From assembly GCA_030390025.1 (NCBI GenBank), contig CM059432.1:133550001-133614000 (forward strand): a stretch of 64,000 bases of DNA, read 5' to 3'. The notes under the pieces were generated by a model. The model saw only the letters and a list, made by a program, of their open reading frames with translations, did no database searches and was not told where the DNA came from. How positions within the stretch are numbered: the stretch's first letter is position 1; the number at the start of each line of letters is the position of its first letter. This DNA comes from Squalus acanthias (taxonomy: Eukaryota). Shown piece by piece: positions 48,360 through 62,442 of this stretch. The translations under genes and the position numbers were made by a program.

Positions 48360-51300
48360 AACTAGCCAGATGAATTAAACTGTCTTTGGGGCGGAGGTAT
48401 TGCGCCCAGTCTAACATCTAGATGTCTTGTGAATTCCCTCCCCTGCCCCCGCCCCTCCCCTGACCTGTTCCCAGTATTACAGCTGATGGATGAGAAAAGG
48501 AAGTTACAAACGACAACCAAATTTGATTGAAAGACAAGGGGGGAAATTAACGGATTCCGATACTTCCCGAGAGAAATCCTGCTTCGTTGTCGATAGTTAA
48601 TGGAGCATATCCCCATTTAGAAAGTTCTGTAGCAAAGAAAGTAAAAATCAAGATTATTATTTATATCTATGAATATATGTATTTACTTCTGTTATGTATA
48701 TGTTTTATGTGTATATGAAGTGTATGTCTTGTGCATATGTGAATGTACTGTATAACCATGTGTATGTATATATATATATATATATATATCACAAACATAT
48801 TTAAATATATGTAGTGTATGTGTGTGAGTTTAGGTATGTGCTTTTCTCTATTCATCTATGTCACACAAAGGCACAACACTGTCAGCTTCTTTCCTTTAAC
48901 CTTTTTCATTGTAGTCAATGAACTAACTGCTGCACATTAAGAAAGTAATGAGTCTACAGTGTAAACATTACAGGTCTCATTAAAACACACAAAAAAATCT
49001 GCAATACATTTATCGCCATTTATGGATGACGCTCACAGATTTTTTTTTTGCACTTCAATCACACCCGGCATTAATTTCCAAGGGAAAAAATAATTAGGAT
49101 CTCACTTTTCAGAAGACTAGAGTGAAAATGTAAACAATGCTTCCCTCTGGGCTAGTGCTTTATCAATTTGACAGGTGCATTTGAATTTCCATGGGTGGGG
49201 GACATAATAGGTTATTTATGTGTCATTCTAACAGAACGGTCTGGCCGTCAAGATGGACAGCAGACTTCACCCACATTAAATTCTGCAACTAATCCCCTGA
49301 TTTTGACCCCTGTCAGCCTCCTCAAATGTACTTTGCAACAAAAAAAAAGCGCGCGCTGCAAACAAGATTGGGACTCTCACTATTCCTCCTGCCTGCTTCT
49401 GCCCTGATTTAGTGTCATGAAAAAGTGGACCCTGGTGAAATCTGTTGCTGCAATGTGAAGCTAGGCAGGGCGTTTGCCGCTTTTGGAAAATGTTCCTTTC
49501 GAGGACTCCTGCTCGATTTAAAATGAAGGGTAGCGCAGGCAAGGGCCGCAAGCCCAATGACTGGTAAGGAGAATATTTTTTTGAAGGGCACAGACACTCT
49601 GTTAAAATAAAGCACAGTCAAACATACCTAATCATTTGGATGGTGAAATGAAAACAGCGCAGCAACATTTAGAAGATTCTGCTCTGATTTTGTGAGAACG
49701 AAAATACCATTCTGAGGCAACCAGCAGATATTTAGACAGGCATCACTAGGCACCAATATTGTATATTTCAATTTAACACATTTGGAAGTCTGTTCAGCTG
49801 CTGGTTCTCATGGTTCATTATTTTCTGTTAAAAATAAGCATTCACTTGAAGCCTGTTGATCGAAAAATGAGTTCTAGGAATGCAGAGCAGAAAACCTAAT
49901 AACCGTACACTAGTCCACTAGGCAATGTGACCAGAAATAGCACATTTGGGTTGCATTTTATAACGTGTCAAGGGGCCACAGTACAAAATCAAAACTGGTA
50001 AGCCAAAAATCAAAACAAAAAGAAAATAAAACAGAAGTATGTTTTACAGTTACAATTAGAATTAGAAACAAGACAAACTGCACCACTTATTCTGCAGTAG
50101 GGCAGGTTTGAATCATACTGTTGTCCGGCTAAGCTACTAAAAATCATGTCTGCAGCCACTAGTGTAATTTAATCTTTGATTCATTTGATTTTTTTTTTAA
50201 GCATGTTGCTTTACATTTCAACAATGCAGCCCGAGCCCTTATAATCACATTGTTCAGTCTGCCTTTGTCTTGTTCCTCTCAGTTCTCTTCTGAAAAGTAA
50301 AGCTACTTTTGCAACAGAAAGCGTGCATCTATCTGCCTTGTGAATGCTCTGCATTCCCCCCGTGATACTGAGCAAATGGAAACAGACTGAGCAGGTCAAA
50401 AAAGCAATGTACCTTTTGTTACCCGTGTGGGTTGGTTTAATAAACTACCAAGATTCAATCGCATGCAAAATATTGGCCTTTTGAGCTTGAAGCTTCAAAT
50501 CAAAGCACGGCTGGGGAAAGGAAGCTGTCTAAACAGTACCTTTGCTTGCGGGACACCCGCATTTGTAAAGATACCGTGAAGCCTACTTTTAAAAGATGTA
50601 TATAACATTATACACCAAATGACTTGGAGCATTATTTATTTTATTAAATTTATTTTAACAAAATTACAAAAACCTGTCTTAAAAAGCTACCTGGTCAGTT
50701 CCAACAATAAAGTTGCTTCTGATTTGTACCTGTGCTAAGAGGCCCACATAAAGACAGTTTCAAGGCATCATTTTGAATTTAAAATAGTTTCCACCGAAGG
50801 AACAATTTAGCAATCATTGTGCGTTCTGATTAAAACAAATGATCCACCTGAAATAGTGAGTTTTGTGGCTCTCGAGTGAAATGTCAGGAAAGCACCATAA
50901 CCCAATTATCATACTCTTGCTTCCTGACTCCCCATCGTCTCAAAAGAAAATCTCTGTGGAAAGAATGTGCATGGATAAGATTCTGCTGCGAGACAGATTA
51001 CACGGGATGGGACAGATATGAGTACAATGCCAGCTCAGAATCATGGAGAAGAATTGCTTGCATAAGAATGACATGAACCATGAGTACTTACTCTTCATTA
51101 GGGAGCCAATCTGTGCCATCTAACTGATGACAGATTTGCCCAAAAGAATAGTTGCAAACCACCTTGGATTTTAAATGTTTGCCTGTGGTTACAAATTATC
51201 TGGATGTGAAGAAAAAAACTATTTGGCTGAGCAAACTTTGATGTGGCACTTACAGATTTTCTGTTGTGAAAACATCTTGAGGGCAATCAAGTGCTATTAA

Positions 51301-54300
51301 CACATGTCAGCGAAGCTTCATATGAATTACTACAAAAATTACAGATAACCACATAGCTTTTCCATCACTGTCCAAATATTCTGACAAAACAGTTTGCATA
51401 TCTATGCAAGCATTATAGAATTTAACAAAAGCCCCCCTCCCCATATTACAGGGACAATAATCACAAGGATGACATGAGACAATTAATTAGATCCATCTGC
51501 ATGGCTGCTTTTAAATAATTAATGTGTTCATTATGAACTTGAATTGATTGGTATACTTTACTTGAAACAAAACATTCACCACTACACCTGTAGTGTACTG
51601 AGGCCACTACCTCTGGCTGTGAATGAGAATGATACCGTTCCCTGTTCTGGCATTAATCAAGGAGCATAATATGAATCGCATTTGCTCCTTTATTTTAATT
51701 GCAAGGACATATTATGAATACAGTGTCTGAAATGTATTTTTAATGAAAAATACTACATCTTGACCTAATCATATCAACCTTATTCTACCTAATTAAGGAT
51801 GCAAAAATCATTACAGTTGCAAAATATTAGTTCCAGCTCCATCAAGCTGCTAGCCTCCCCTTCATGAATATAAATTTTTTTTATTCCGTGATAAATAGTT
51901 AATGAGGTAAAAATGACAAAATTTGCATGTAGGCAAATTAGTTTAATAGGAAGATGACTTGTTTGACTGGAGAAAGTGACCTTATCCCTGGCAAAAAAAA
52001 GGCTTAAACAATTATGAACAGAAGGCACGACTCTTTGTGGCCAAATGAACAATGCCATATCTCAACCTCGTGAAAGAAGACTGAAGTGAAATAAAATTGC
52101 ATTTTCATCATCATGCCAAAAGTATTTAAATTCTAATATATTTTAGCAGTCTGCTGGCAGCAAATTAAAGCTAAAATAAAGCAGGCTATGACAATGGGCC
52201 ATTCACATCCCCCATATACGGTAAGCGAGGCAGGTTTTACAAGAAGCTGTAGGATTTATTGCCACAGATTTGCATGTGCTGCCTAATCAGCATCCCCAAA
52301 AATACTAAAAAATGCAAACAATATTAGGAAACCCGTCGCAAAAATATCTGCCTTCGTAATTGTTGAATCAAGCGGACGAGATCATTTAAAAGGCCGAGGA
52401 AATTATATTTTGTTTTTTGTGCTGCACTGTGTCAGAAATCTGTATGTATCATAAATAGATCCGATTCAGCTTTTGGAGAGGATAGACCATCAGCTCCAGG
52501 GAATCTTGGCAAAGTAAAAGACTATGGTTTGGCTTTAATGTGTTTCATTTTGTTTCTTAAAATAAATGCTGTAATACTTTAAAGCTGCTCCATTTCTAAT
52601 GCAAGTTTAATTTGAATGTAGGCTTGCAGGTCTTTATAAAATCAAAACGGGAGTAATTCTTAAACGGCACTGTGTAACTATAAATTCATTATTAAACATG
52701 CTCGGCTGAATGAACTACTCTTCTAATTGTTGGACATCTTTCTTCCTTTTCTACAGAGGCAAATCAGTAACTTGAAAGAATTTTTTTTTTTTTTTTAAAT
52801 AGTTTGCTTTCTTCACTATTCTTCCTTAGTACTCCTCTAACAAAAGCTTCTCATAGCCAAGCGACCTCTGTCATTCAGGAGAGAGGGGACAATCTGGGCT
52901 ATGCACTACTCTGAATTAGCATTGACGTCTTTCTACAATCAACTGAAGGCGCACTTACAGTCAGTTAGCTTCCTCCTCTCCTACAATGATGCATTCCTCA
53001 TATTATAGTCAGGTTTTCTATCAAGCAACTCAGGTGAGGACTGGCAAGATATACTCCCAGGCAGTGACAGGCAGGCCCGTTACCATCTGGGCACACAGTT
53101 GCTTAACGTATGGGCACAAACAGCACAGCAACCAGCTTTAAAGTCTCTAGATGTGTGCATCTCCCACGCATCAAAGTGTGTTTTGAAACCCACTCCGCGC
53201 TCTGATATTTTCCACATGGACATCTGCAATTTATTAGCTAGTTTATTGTCAGGGTGACAGGAAATCTTAATATTCTAGAAGTTAAAAAGCATTGCAGCGA
53301 TAGAAATAACGTAGCAAATCATCCAACTGCTAACAAGCCACTTGGATCGCTTAATGCTTAACTTATTTCCGTGTAAATGCAGCCACTAATAGCTTCTAAA
53401 TCACTTCAGAAGCACCCATTTGAAAATATGCATTTTGTTCTATTTTTCACTTTGAATTCCAATCTTGCTTTCAACATCTTCCAGTGCATTTTCTTCTATT
53501 TTATTCCATCCACCTTCAAGGAGAGATATTTTCTCTGCTAAATCAGCACATGTCATATCAAATGATGAGATCAGATTTGTAAAGGCTCCCTCTTGAAACC
53601 TGTCAGTTATAGAGGCACCTTGTAGTATTCACAGCTCACTGTTACTGAAAGTAAGGCACATAGAAGTCACTGGCATATGGAAAGAATAGTACTATTATGC
53701 AGTGAGGCAGCAGAAAGCAGCAACACGCTGCCTTGAAGAAGGTATCACATTACAGTCTGACAGACCAGTGTGGTGATGGGGGAACACTATTAGTTGAGGA
53801 AGAAGAGGGATGATTAAAAAAGCAAATCACTTAGCTCATTCTGCCATGACAGGACAGGGAGGTCCCAGATTATTGACGAGGCTTTCGTTATTATTGACTA
53901 ATTCAGAAACACTGTGTTATTTCATTAGTACATAAAGTTATTAGGGGTTATGATACAGGCTTTAAGATGTATGACCACTGAACTGGTGGGTATTAAATTG
54001 GGGAAAATTCTGCATCTTGGCTCAGTTTTGTTACTTTTCATAATTAAAAGTTAATGGTGTTTAAGCTCAAACTACTGTATCTCAGCATGTGAGCTTGTAT
54101 TTATCAAATGGTTTTTGCACATATCATTAATTTCAAATAATAAAAATATAGCAACAAAATATGCTCATCCGTGTATAATGAAACCCACATTCTGCATATA
54201 CATCTCCAATACAGCGTAAGCAAATTCTTGGTGAAATCTTGTAAAGTCCAAAATATAAACAGAAAATGCTGGATAAACAGCAGCTATCATATTTCCAGAA

Positions 54301-54790
54301 TTCAATGTGTCTTTTATCTCTCCTGTAAAGTCCAAATTGTTACCAAACTTTAATTTGTTATAATAATATATAAATCTGGTTGTAAGTAAGTTATTTTCTC
54401 TGTGGGGCGCTGTTCTGGTTTGATCTGAAGATTTAATTGGGTGCTGTGTATTATAGCACAACATTAGAATAGCAATTTGGGTGACGCCACACTGAACTTC
54501 AGAAAAGACACACCCACCGACAGCTCACAGACAAAAATGCAATAACATTGCTACATTACATAGCTGACTGATGAAAACTAAAGTCGTGTCATTATCACAT
54601 AGAAAAAAAAAATAGGAAAATAGGATCCGAGTAGCCTCCCGTGCTGAGATTTCCATGATTCTATAGCTATTAAAAGCAGAAAATACTCTAGTCTCATTTA
54701 TAAAACATGAAGTGCTGTGGGTTAAAATTGTGCTGTATATTGTTAGTAACAAACAATATTAAATCCCTTTGTCCTACTTTGGCCTGTTTA
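48360..54790. promoter_or_regulatory. Repeat-depleted intronic block; putative conserved non-coding/enhancer cluster
   Basis: ~6.4 kb with essentially no recognisable TE, versus one every ~1 kb elsewhere; clustered TGTAAACA, AACAATG, TTTATGG, TGACAG, TAATTA motifs. Confidence 0.4.
51092..51182 (-). CDS. Speculative upstream exon (G)KHLKSKVVCNYSFGQICHQLDGTDWLPNE; could be non-coding
   Basis: Donor AGA|gtaagt; acceptors tgtaaccacag (51182) or ttttcttcacatccag (51199); phase 1 to 2 frame open. Confidence 0.3.
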
Positions 54791-54799
54791 TTTTTTTAA

Positions 54800-54910
54800 A
54801 AGAAAGACTTGCATTTATATAGCGCCTTTCACAACCTCAGGACGTCCCAAAGCGCTTTACAGCCAATGAAGTCCTTTTGAAGTGTAGTTGCTGTTGTAAT
54901 GAAGGAAACA
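54800..54910 (-). mobile_element. Deu-SINE 3' end
   Basis: AAGACTTGCATTTATATAGCGCCTTTCACAACCTCAGGACGTCCCAAAGCGC. Confidence 0.85.
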
Positions 54911-55864
54911 TTAAATGGGTTATAAACCTTGATTAAAACAGCAACCAAAGGAATTTCATTTGAACGTGTTTGTTACCAAAATGGCACAGCATGCTTAGAT
55001 AATTAAAACGTCATTATGAATCAACTTCTTGAATATTTTACCTGCAGTCCTACCTCAGTCATCCATGGCCATTATCCGTATTCTTGATTATACGGGGAAA
55101 ACTTCCCTGGATAATGGTGAATCTTCACGGATAATGGGAGACGAGTGGGGTTCGGGCCTGCCAACATTTTGGTTCACCTTCACACAGTTCAATTGACCTT
55201 CTCCCTAAGGCAAGATCATGTGGCACTGGATCAGCTGATCCAGCAGGCCTTGGACCTGAGAGAGCTGGCTAAGAATACTCCTTCAAAAGGCACCACCGAG
55301 ACTACAGAGGTAAGCAGCCACAGCGGCACGCACTCACTTTCAGCAATCCTGTCCGTAGCCTCCCCAACACCCATCTCGGAGGAGCTGCTGACTTAATAAT
55401 CCGCAGCGAGCCTGACTGTTGAGGTGTGCTGTTGTGTCAGTGAGTGGAGCGTGTTTTAAATGTAACATTAGCTCGCACAGTGCAGCTGGTGTTCCATTCG
55501 GCATGCGCCCCACTTTGAAAGCTGATTTTAAAGCTGGCAGATCTGCAGCGCTGATCTCGGCCGAGACCGTCAATAGGATGGGTGGGTAGGTGACTAGATG
55601 CTAGATTTGAGGCTCACCCCTGTAGCTGGAGGCCCTGTTGTTTCATCAGGGGAGTATTTATGGTCAGCTTCTGGGTACCAACAGTTGGAGATGCAGGTGG
55701 ATTTGTGAGATGCTCTGAAGTAGCAGATCACCTGATGGATCATCTGTTCCGGCAACAATTCGTGTTAATACCTGGATTAGTGCAACGGAGAGATGTGCTC
55801 CTGGGGAATCTTGATTACCTGCTGAGCTTCTGTAGTCCATCGTAGGGGAGGAGGGGGAAGGGGG

Positions 55865-56348
55865 TGTCTAACTCGCACCCAGTCTCGTTCACCCATCACC
55901 CCTGTTCTTGCTGACCTACATTGGCTCCCGTTAAGCAAGGCCACGATTTTAAAATTCTCATCCTCGTTTTCAAATCCCTCCATGGCCTCACCCCTCCCTA
56001 TCTCTGCAATCTCCTCCAGCCCCACAACCCATGAGATATCTGCACGCCTCTAATTCTGGCCTCTTGAGCATCCCCGATTTTAATCGCTCCCCCATTGGTG
56101 GCCGTGCCTTCAGCTACCGAGGCCCTAAGCTCTGGAATTCCCTCCCTAAACCTCCCCGCCTCTCCAGCTTTCTCTCCTCCGTTAAGACACTCCTTAAAAC
56201 CTACCTCTTTGACCAAGCTTTTGGTCACCTGCCCTAATATCCCCTTATGTGGCTCGGTGTCAAATTTCTTTTGTTTATAACGCTCCTGTGAAACGCTTTG
56301 GGACGTTTTACTTTGTTAAAGGCGCTATATAAATGCAGTTGTTGTTGT
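55865..56348 (+). mobile_element. L2 3' fragment
   Basis: GGRAFSYRGPKLWNSLP..KTLLKTYLFDQAF; TTG tail. Confidence 0.93.
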
Positions 56349-57912
56349 CTTATTCTCTAATGGAGGGTCCACTGTACTGTTAGGTTTTGATTACCTAAAC
56401 TGATCCCCAGGACAGCTCACTGGTATGTCCACTCACCTTCCTTCTCTCGCCATTGATCCCCCTCCATTGCTCTGCCTTTTTCACTATGTAGTTTAGCTCC
56501 TGATTAGACAGCTCCAAGTCCAAGGGAACAAGAAATCTCTCCTCGGTGCTGTGCAGTCGGTAGAAGACATCTAGCAGGTGCCCACTGTTGTGCAGCCTTC
56601 AAAGCGGCAAAAAAATGTTAAAAGTTATTCATCTTGCAATCTTATATTTAATATTATACACACTAATGAGCAAAGTACAATTTCTACCTCCAGCCCTGCA
56701 TTCCTCAGGGCAATCGCCTGCCAATATACCAGAGCTGGACATTAGATCATAGACAAGGAAGGCAATTCTAATCAGCCAAAGTTATTATCTTTCATGATGG
56801 GCTCCTGACAGCCTACATGGGTCAAGTATCACTTTGTTTTTAAGGTGTGACTATGAAATCAATGCAATGTTTAAAAAAAAAATACTGTACCTCTTTAATA
56901 TGTAATTAAAACGAGGATAGCAGCGCAGCCCATCTATGTATATTGCCCGAGGTGTTTTTTTTTAGAAATAGGTCATACGCTATGTCACAAGTTCCACTAA
57001 CAGCCAATAGGAAACGGCAGCTTCTGAAGCCAAGACGCTTCAGTGGCCTACATTTGCAACAATTCAGTGCACTGTGAGTGGCAGAAACCATTATTTTTGG
57101 CTTGTGTTTTAATATTGGTCACTTAGTTAAAGCAGATATTATGCAGCAACTATGTGCTATTGATATTAATGGGGAGATGACTGGGTTCAGCTATAATGCC
57201 TGAGACTGATATTAAAAGAACGGGAAAGATGTACATTCAAACAACTGAAGCCCAGAGGTATTCTGTGCCTATTCTGGATGCTTTAGATGTGTTTTTTTGT
57301 TGTTGTTGTTGTTTATTAATCCTCTGCACTTGTCAGGCTGCTTGTTCCCACTGTTTGGTGAGGACAAACAGGGTTAAGGACTTTTATTCTGGATCTCATT
57401 GTTAATTAAGGGTTGTTACAGGAAACCACTTTAGAAGTAAGCCAGTGAATACAGTGATCTAAAATGACCCACGCTTAGCTCCAGTTGTCCTTAATGCTGC
57501 TTTTATATTGTTGATCATAATAAGTGTTTGCACACTAAATCAAAGGACACAGAAATGCTTATTTAAATGCTACTCCATTTGTGCATCAAACATAACCCCT
57601 TGCTCTCTTCACAGCAAGAAGCCTGCCTGTAACCCTTAAATTGCTTCTTCCGATTGAGTGTTTGGGTCAAGGCTCGTAAGGAATGCTATCTGAGAGGAGA
57701 AATATTAAATCCTGTATTGAATGGGTTCACCAGCAAAATTTCTAAATCATAATATTTAAGGTAATAGCAAGTGAAAGATTCCGGCACCCGAGCTACGATT
57801 GTAGCCAGAGTGGTTTTTTGTTTATTTTTAATGTATTTATATAATTTCCGCACAGTTGACATAGCTGAAAATTAACTGTTAGCTACAAATATACAATTGG
57901 TACAACATACAC

Positions 57913-58375
57913 CAAGTCCCATTCACCCCTCACCCCTGCGCTCGCTGACCTACATTGGCTCCCGGTTAAGCAGCGCCTCGATTTCAAAATTCTCATCCTT
58001 GTTTTCAAACCCCTCCATGGCCTCGCCCCTTCCTATCACTGTAATCTCCTCCAGCCCCACAACCCCTCAAGATATCTGCGCTCCTCCGATTCTGCCCTCT
58101 TGAGCATCCCTGATTATAATCGCTCAACCTTTGGTGGCCATGCCTTCTGTTGCCTAGGCCCTAAGCTCTGGAATTCCCTGCCTAAACCTCTCCGCCTCGC
58201 TACCTCTCTTTCGCTCCTTAAAACCTACCTCTTTGACCAAGCTTTTGGTCACCTGCCCTAATTTATCCTTATGTGGCTCAGTGTCAAATTTGTTGTCTTA
58301 AAATACTCCTGTGCAGCGCCTTGGGACGTTTTACTACGTTAAAGGCGCTATAAAAATACAAGTTGTTGTTGTTGT
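57913..58375 (+). mobile_element. L2 3' fragment
   Basis: CTACATTGGCTCCCGG..AAGCTCTGGAATTCCCTG..(TTG)n. Confidence 0.93.
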
Positions 58376-58399
58376 TTGGACACTTGTTTAAAGACAAAC

Positions 58400-59920
58400 A
58401 TTGGGCGGCGGGGGGGAGGGATCTTTCAAAACAGGCAATAGATGGGATGGGAGGGATGGCGCTCGTGCCTGCTTTAAATTTGTGGACGAGCTGTCAGCTC
58501 GAACGGCGCTGGTAATTGGACAGCTCGCTCATTGGAGGGAGGGATTATGGGCGGGCCCCACATCAGTTCCGGGTGGGCTGCACCTTTCAAAGGGGAGGTG
58601 CAGTGCTCATTGTGGAGCTGAGCAGAAGCTGGTCTCTGTGCACTGGAAGCCAGAACATGCCCACCGGGAAAGTGCCCAGATTCTCCGGCAATGCCCTGAA
58701 GGCTTTAATGCAGGAAATGTCTTCTTTCCAGAAGATGGCAGAAGGGTGCCCCGCCACATTGCCAGGACAAACCAGCGTCCAGTGCCAGGGAGAGGAGCCC
58801 CGCAGGAGGAGGGACTCTTAACTTCTCTTATCCACTGAAGAGGTTGCTATGGATATCCTGGGTAGTGGGAGAGCCAGAGCTGTTGCAGAGAGTGAAGCAG
58901 GAGGAGGAGTGCCACAGGGTGCTTGGCCCTAGAATCATCCATTTCTCTTATCACGTAACTACGTCCCTCACTCGGTCTAAATCACAGCCTGGTGCTTCAT
59001 TGAGCAAACGCTCTTTGTCAACGATATACCATCGTTTCCAGCTACCAACCATTTCTCTATTCCCTCTTTCCAGGTCCTGAGGAAGTCCCGGGGCCCGTTG
59101 GCAGTTGGGAAGGAGGAGGAAGAATCTGCAACTGAAGGTGCACGGTCACTCACTCTGACCCTTGCAAGCACCAGTTCAGGAATTGGCACCCTGCGACTTT
59201 TAGATAGTGGCTTAGAGGGGTCAGCAAGTGGGCTGGTGCAAGGGCTGGAGGACTGGACGGCTAAGGACACAGCTCACCGGAGGCCGAGCTCGCTTCTTAG
59301 CCCTGCCGTAGAGGGCAAAGGTCATGACTTCCAGGGCCCAGCTTTTAAAAAACGAGTATTAGCTGCATGGAATTGTCACGTGCAGTGAACTGCCTGTTAG
59401 AGGGGCTATGTAACATGGTGGAGAGAGTGGAGGAGTCTACTTCCAAATTGTGTGTGGCACTCATGAGTTACTGCAGTCTACCGTGGCGTGTATGGCGACC
59501 TCTATTCAGACTGCAGTTGGGCCGGCCATCCAGGAGTCTCAGCCACCTGAGTGGTCGCATCTCTCAAGGATGCACATACTGAGGCCGCACAGGCTCTGGG
59601 CTCCACCCTTTCCATCAGGTTACTAGGAGCTTCGAAGTTGTTAAAGCACTGTTACAGTCTTCTCTCTTGGGGATCAGTGGGAGTGCTGAGGTACTGCCCC
59701 GTGCAAGTACCAGTGGCACCATGGGAGAGGTGCTTGCTGTCTTCTCTCGGGATGGCAACACACTTGCTCCCCTGCCAGCCCCTCGTCCAGTGCCAGTCCT
59801 GGTGCCACAAAGCCAGCTGGGCCAGACTGCCCTGGTAGCAGCCGAGATGCCATAGTCGGCAGCCGGGTCTTCCTAGCCCCAAGCTTCTCGAGATTGCTGG
59901 CCACCTGGAATCCTGGCTGA
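58400..59920 (+). pseudogene. Decayed Harbinger accessory (Myb/SANT-like) gene relic
   Basis: KVPRFSGNALKALMQEM resembles the R.PRFS..LE.L..V start of Myb/SANT-like domains; downstream low-complexity frame ..HDFQGPAFKKRVL; GC-rich with multiple frameshifts. Confidence 0.55.
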
Positions 59921-59982
59921 CCAAGCACATTTTGCCATTCTGTATTACCTGCATACACTACATAAAAGCCAGTTGCAGGCAT

Positions 59983-60394
59983 CAACAACAACAACTTGTA
60001 TTTATATAGCGCCTTTAACGTAGTAAAACATCCCAAGGCGCTGCACAGGAGTATTTTAAGACAAAAAATTTGACACTGATCCACATAAGGATAAATTAGG
60101 GCAGGTGACCAAAAGCTTGGTCAAAGAGGTCAGTTTTAAGGAGCATCTTAAAGGAGGAAAGAGAGGTAGCGAGGCGGAGAGGTTTAGACAGGGAATTCCA
60201 GAGCTTAGGGCCTAGGCAACAGAAGGCACAGCTGCCAGAGGTTGAGCGATTATAATCAGGGATCCTCAAGAGGGCAGAATTAGAGGAGCGCAGATATCTC
60301 GGGGGGTTGTGGGGCTGAAGGAGATTACAGAGATAGGAAGGGGCGAGGCCATGGAGGGATTTGAAAACAAGGATGAGAATTTTGAAATTGAGGC
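59983..60394 (-). mobile_element. L2 3' fragment, same subfamily as 57913-58375, inverted
   Basis: Shares diagnostic GATTATAATCGCTCAACCT, TTATCCTTATGTGG, CTTAAAATACTCCTGTGCAGCGCC. Confidence 0.93.
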
Positions 60395-60788
60395 ATCACA
60401 CATTAATAACAGAATCGCACATTAATGTTCATATTCACCATCTGTAGACTGAAGTTCCAATTAATTCTTAGCAGAAGTCTGTTTCGAGTGATACGTGTGG
60501 CATATATCAGAATAGACAGTCACTATCACAGTGACAGCTACCAAGCGGGAAAGATGCATCTAACCTCCTATTCTTCTAAGGTCTAAAATTTAGTAGCCCA
60601 ACAAATATTTTGGTAGCCATTGGCCATTGTGGATCTCAGTCCACTGTTCATAAATTGAATGTTGTGCCAATGTTTGTGCTTTACAGATGTTCTGGAACTC
60701 GTGCTAAAGACTATCAAAAGCCATTTTTGACTATGGCACTCATGCCTTGGAGGCCTTTCATGCCAATGAAAGAGCTTCCATAACATAC

Positions 60789-60841
60789 CAGCGCCAGAGC
60801 CATATCGTCTTTCTGCACATTTTTCAACAGCTATCATCTAC
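60789..60841 (-). CDS. Speculative 5' exon (ATG 60837, MIAVEKCAERRYGSGA)
   Basis: Acceptor tttctttctacataactgtag; donor CTG|gtatgt; ends in phase 1. Confidence 0.28.
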
Positions 60842-61029
60842 CTACAGTTATGTAGAAAGAAATAGGAACTGATAACAATGTTTATGACTAATTGAATAAA
60901 CAAAGGGATTTTAAATCAAACCTTCAAAGTGGCTTACCCAATTCTTTCTGCCCACAACTGAACAGATTTGGATGTTTTAATGGTGTGGCATATTTTGCAG
61001 TTGTGAAAGTTACGCACAAGTCCACAGCA

Positions 61030-61240
61030 ATGTCCTGGTCAATATTTATCGCTCAACCAACATCACTAAAACAGGTTATCTGGTCATTTATCTCATTGCT
61101 ATTTGTGGGAGCTTGCTGTGCGCAAATTGGCTTCCGCATTTCCTACATTACAACAGTGACTACAATTCCAAAGTACGTAATTGGCTGTAAAGCACTTTGG
61201 GTAGTCCTAAGGTTGTGAAAGGCGCTATATAAATGCTAGG
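61030..61240 (+). mobile_element. Deu-SINE 3' half
   Basis: TGTCCTGGTCAATATTTATC..GGGAGCTTGCTGTGCGCAAATTGG..GGCGCTATATAAATGC. Confidence 0.88.
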
Positions 61241-62175
61241 TCATTCATTCATTCAGTGTCGGGGGTAACAGGAACCATGGCATCACTAATAAAGGCCAAG
61301 TGAAGGCTTAAATCCCCAGTCATAGATGGAGTATTTCTTTTTCAACATTGCCAACACAGAAACTGGAAAATTCTACATTTTTCCTTGGCTCTAATTTCAC
61401 GTTTACCTGTAAAGAGCCTCTGGCTAAAGGGATTAACTAGGGAGTTGTAAAGCTCCGCACTTCTTACTCATATTTACAGGCCAGAAGCAACTGGCTAGAA
61501 AGAAAAGCGAGAGAGCTGAGCGATTTGCAATTGCTAGCTCACAAGGAGACAACCGCTAACTATGCTAATAACAACATAGACATATGGGCATGTGAATCCA
61601 TAGCTAATGGACTAAATTAGTTGGACACTCCTGGGGAAATACACACAATTTAGCAACAAAAAAGACATAAAACCTCCTTACTGTGTCATTTACTGAGTGA
61701 CTGGGGATACAGAGGGTTGAAATGCCAAACTTACAAAGAGAAAGGGGAGCAGTTTAGCAAAATGCAAAGGGACTGACATGCACAAGAGTCTGACTAGAGA
61801 AAATATAAGAACCAATATTGGACCTTTTTTATTTACAATAATTCAGCCAGGTTACCAAATATAAATGATCTTTTCTTCATTATTGCTTAAATAAGAAATG
61901 TCCAAATAGATAGAGAACCTTTTTGCCTGGTCAATTCAGTTACTCACTTCTTTGAATGTTGCTGTAGGATTAAGTTAGCATAAGTAAATATTTAGAGCCT
62001 TTCCCTAACCTGAATCATTACCATAGAATTACGAAATAAAATATCTGAGCGAGTGATTACCTCAAACTTGGAAAGGGATTGAGAAAGTCAGAGCCTTTTC
62101 AAAGAAATATTTACTAGGAATGGGGCTCCAAGATCAAGGCCTTTAGCAGGCAAGTGCTGAGCTTGACTTGGAGCT

Positions 62176-62442
62176 AGGGTTGTCAACCCTCCAAGATTGG
62201 CCTGGAGTCTCCAGGAATTAAAGATTCATCTCCTGGACACTGCAACCCGGGAAACAAAAATCATAGGGGCATGAAAAAAAAGCTGGTTTTCCATTTTTTT
62301 AACACTTTCATTTATTACTTATAAAATATTGGAGATTGGTTGGGGGCGGGGGGGGGTGGGGGGGAGGGGGAAAGCTGTTTGACTGGGCCGGGGTGTATGG
62401 AGGCGGGGGGTCAGGTGATGATGTCAATGGAGGTCACCATAG
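62176..62442. mobile_element. Possible hAT-type MITE relic
   Basis: Begins TAGGGTTGTCAAC (TAGGGTTGCCA-type terminus); weak right end GGTCACCATA. Confidence 0.4.

Noticed and set aside
55100..55800. Possible further Harbinger relic
   Set aside because: Only a vague resemblance (DHLFRQQF); too decayed to call
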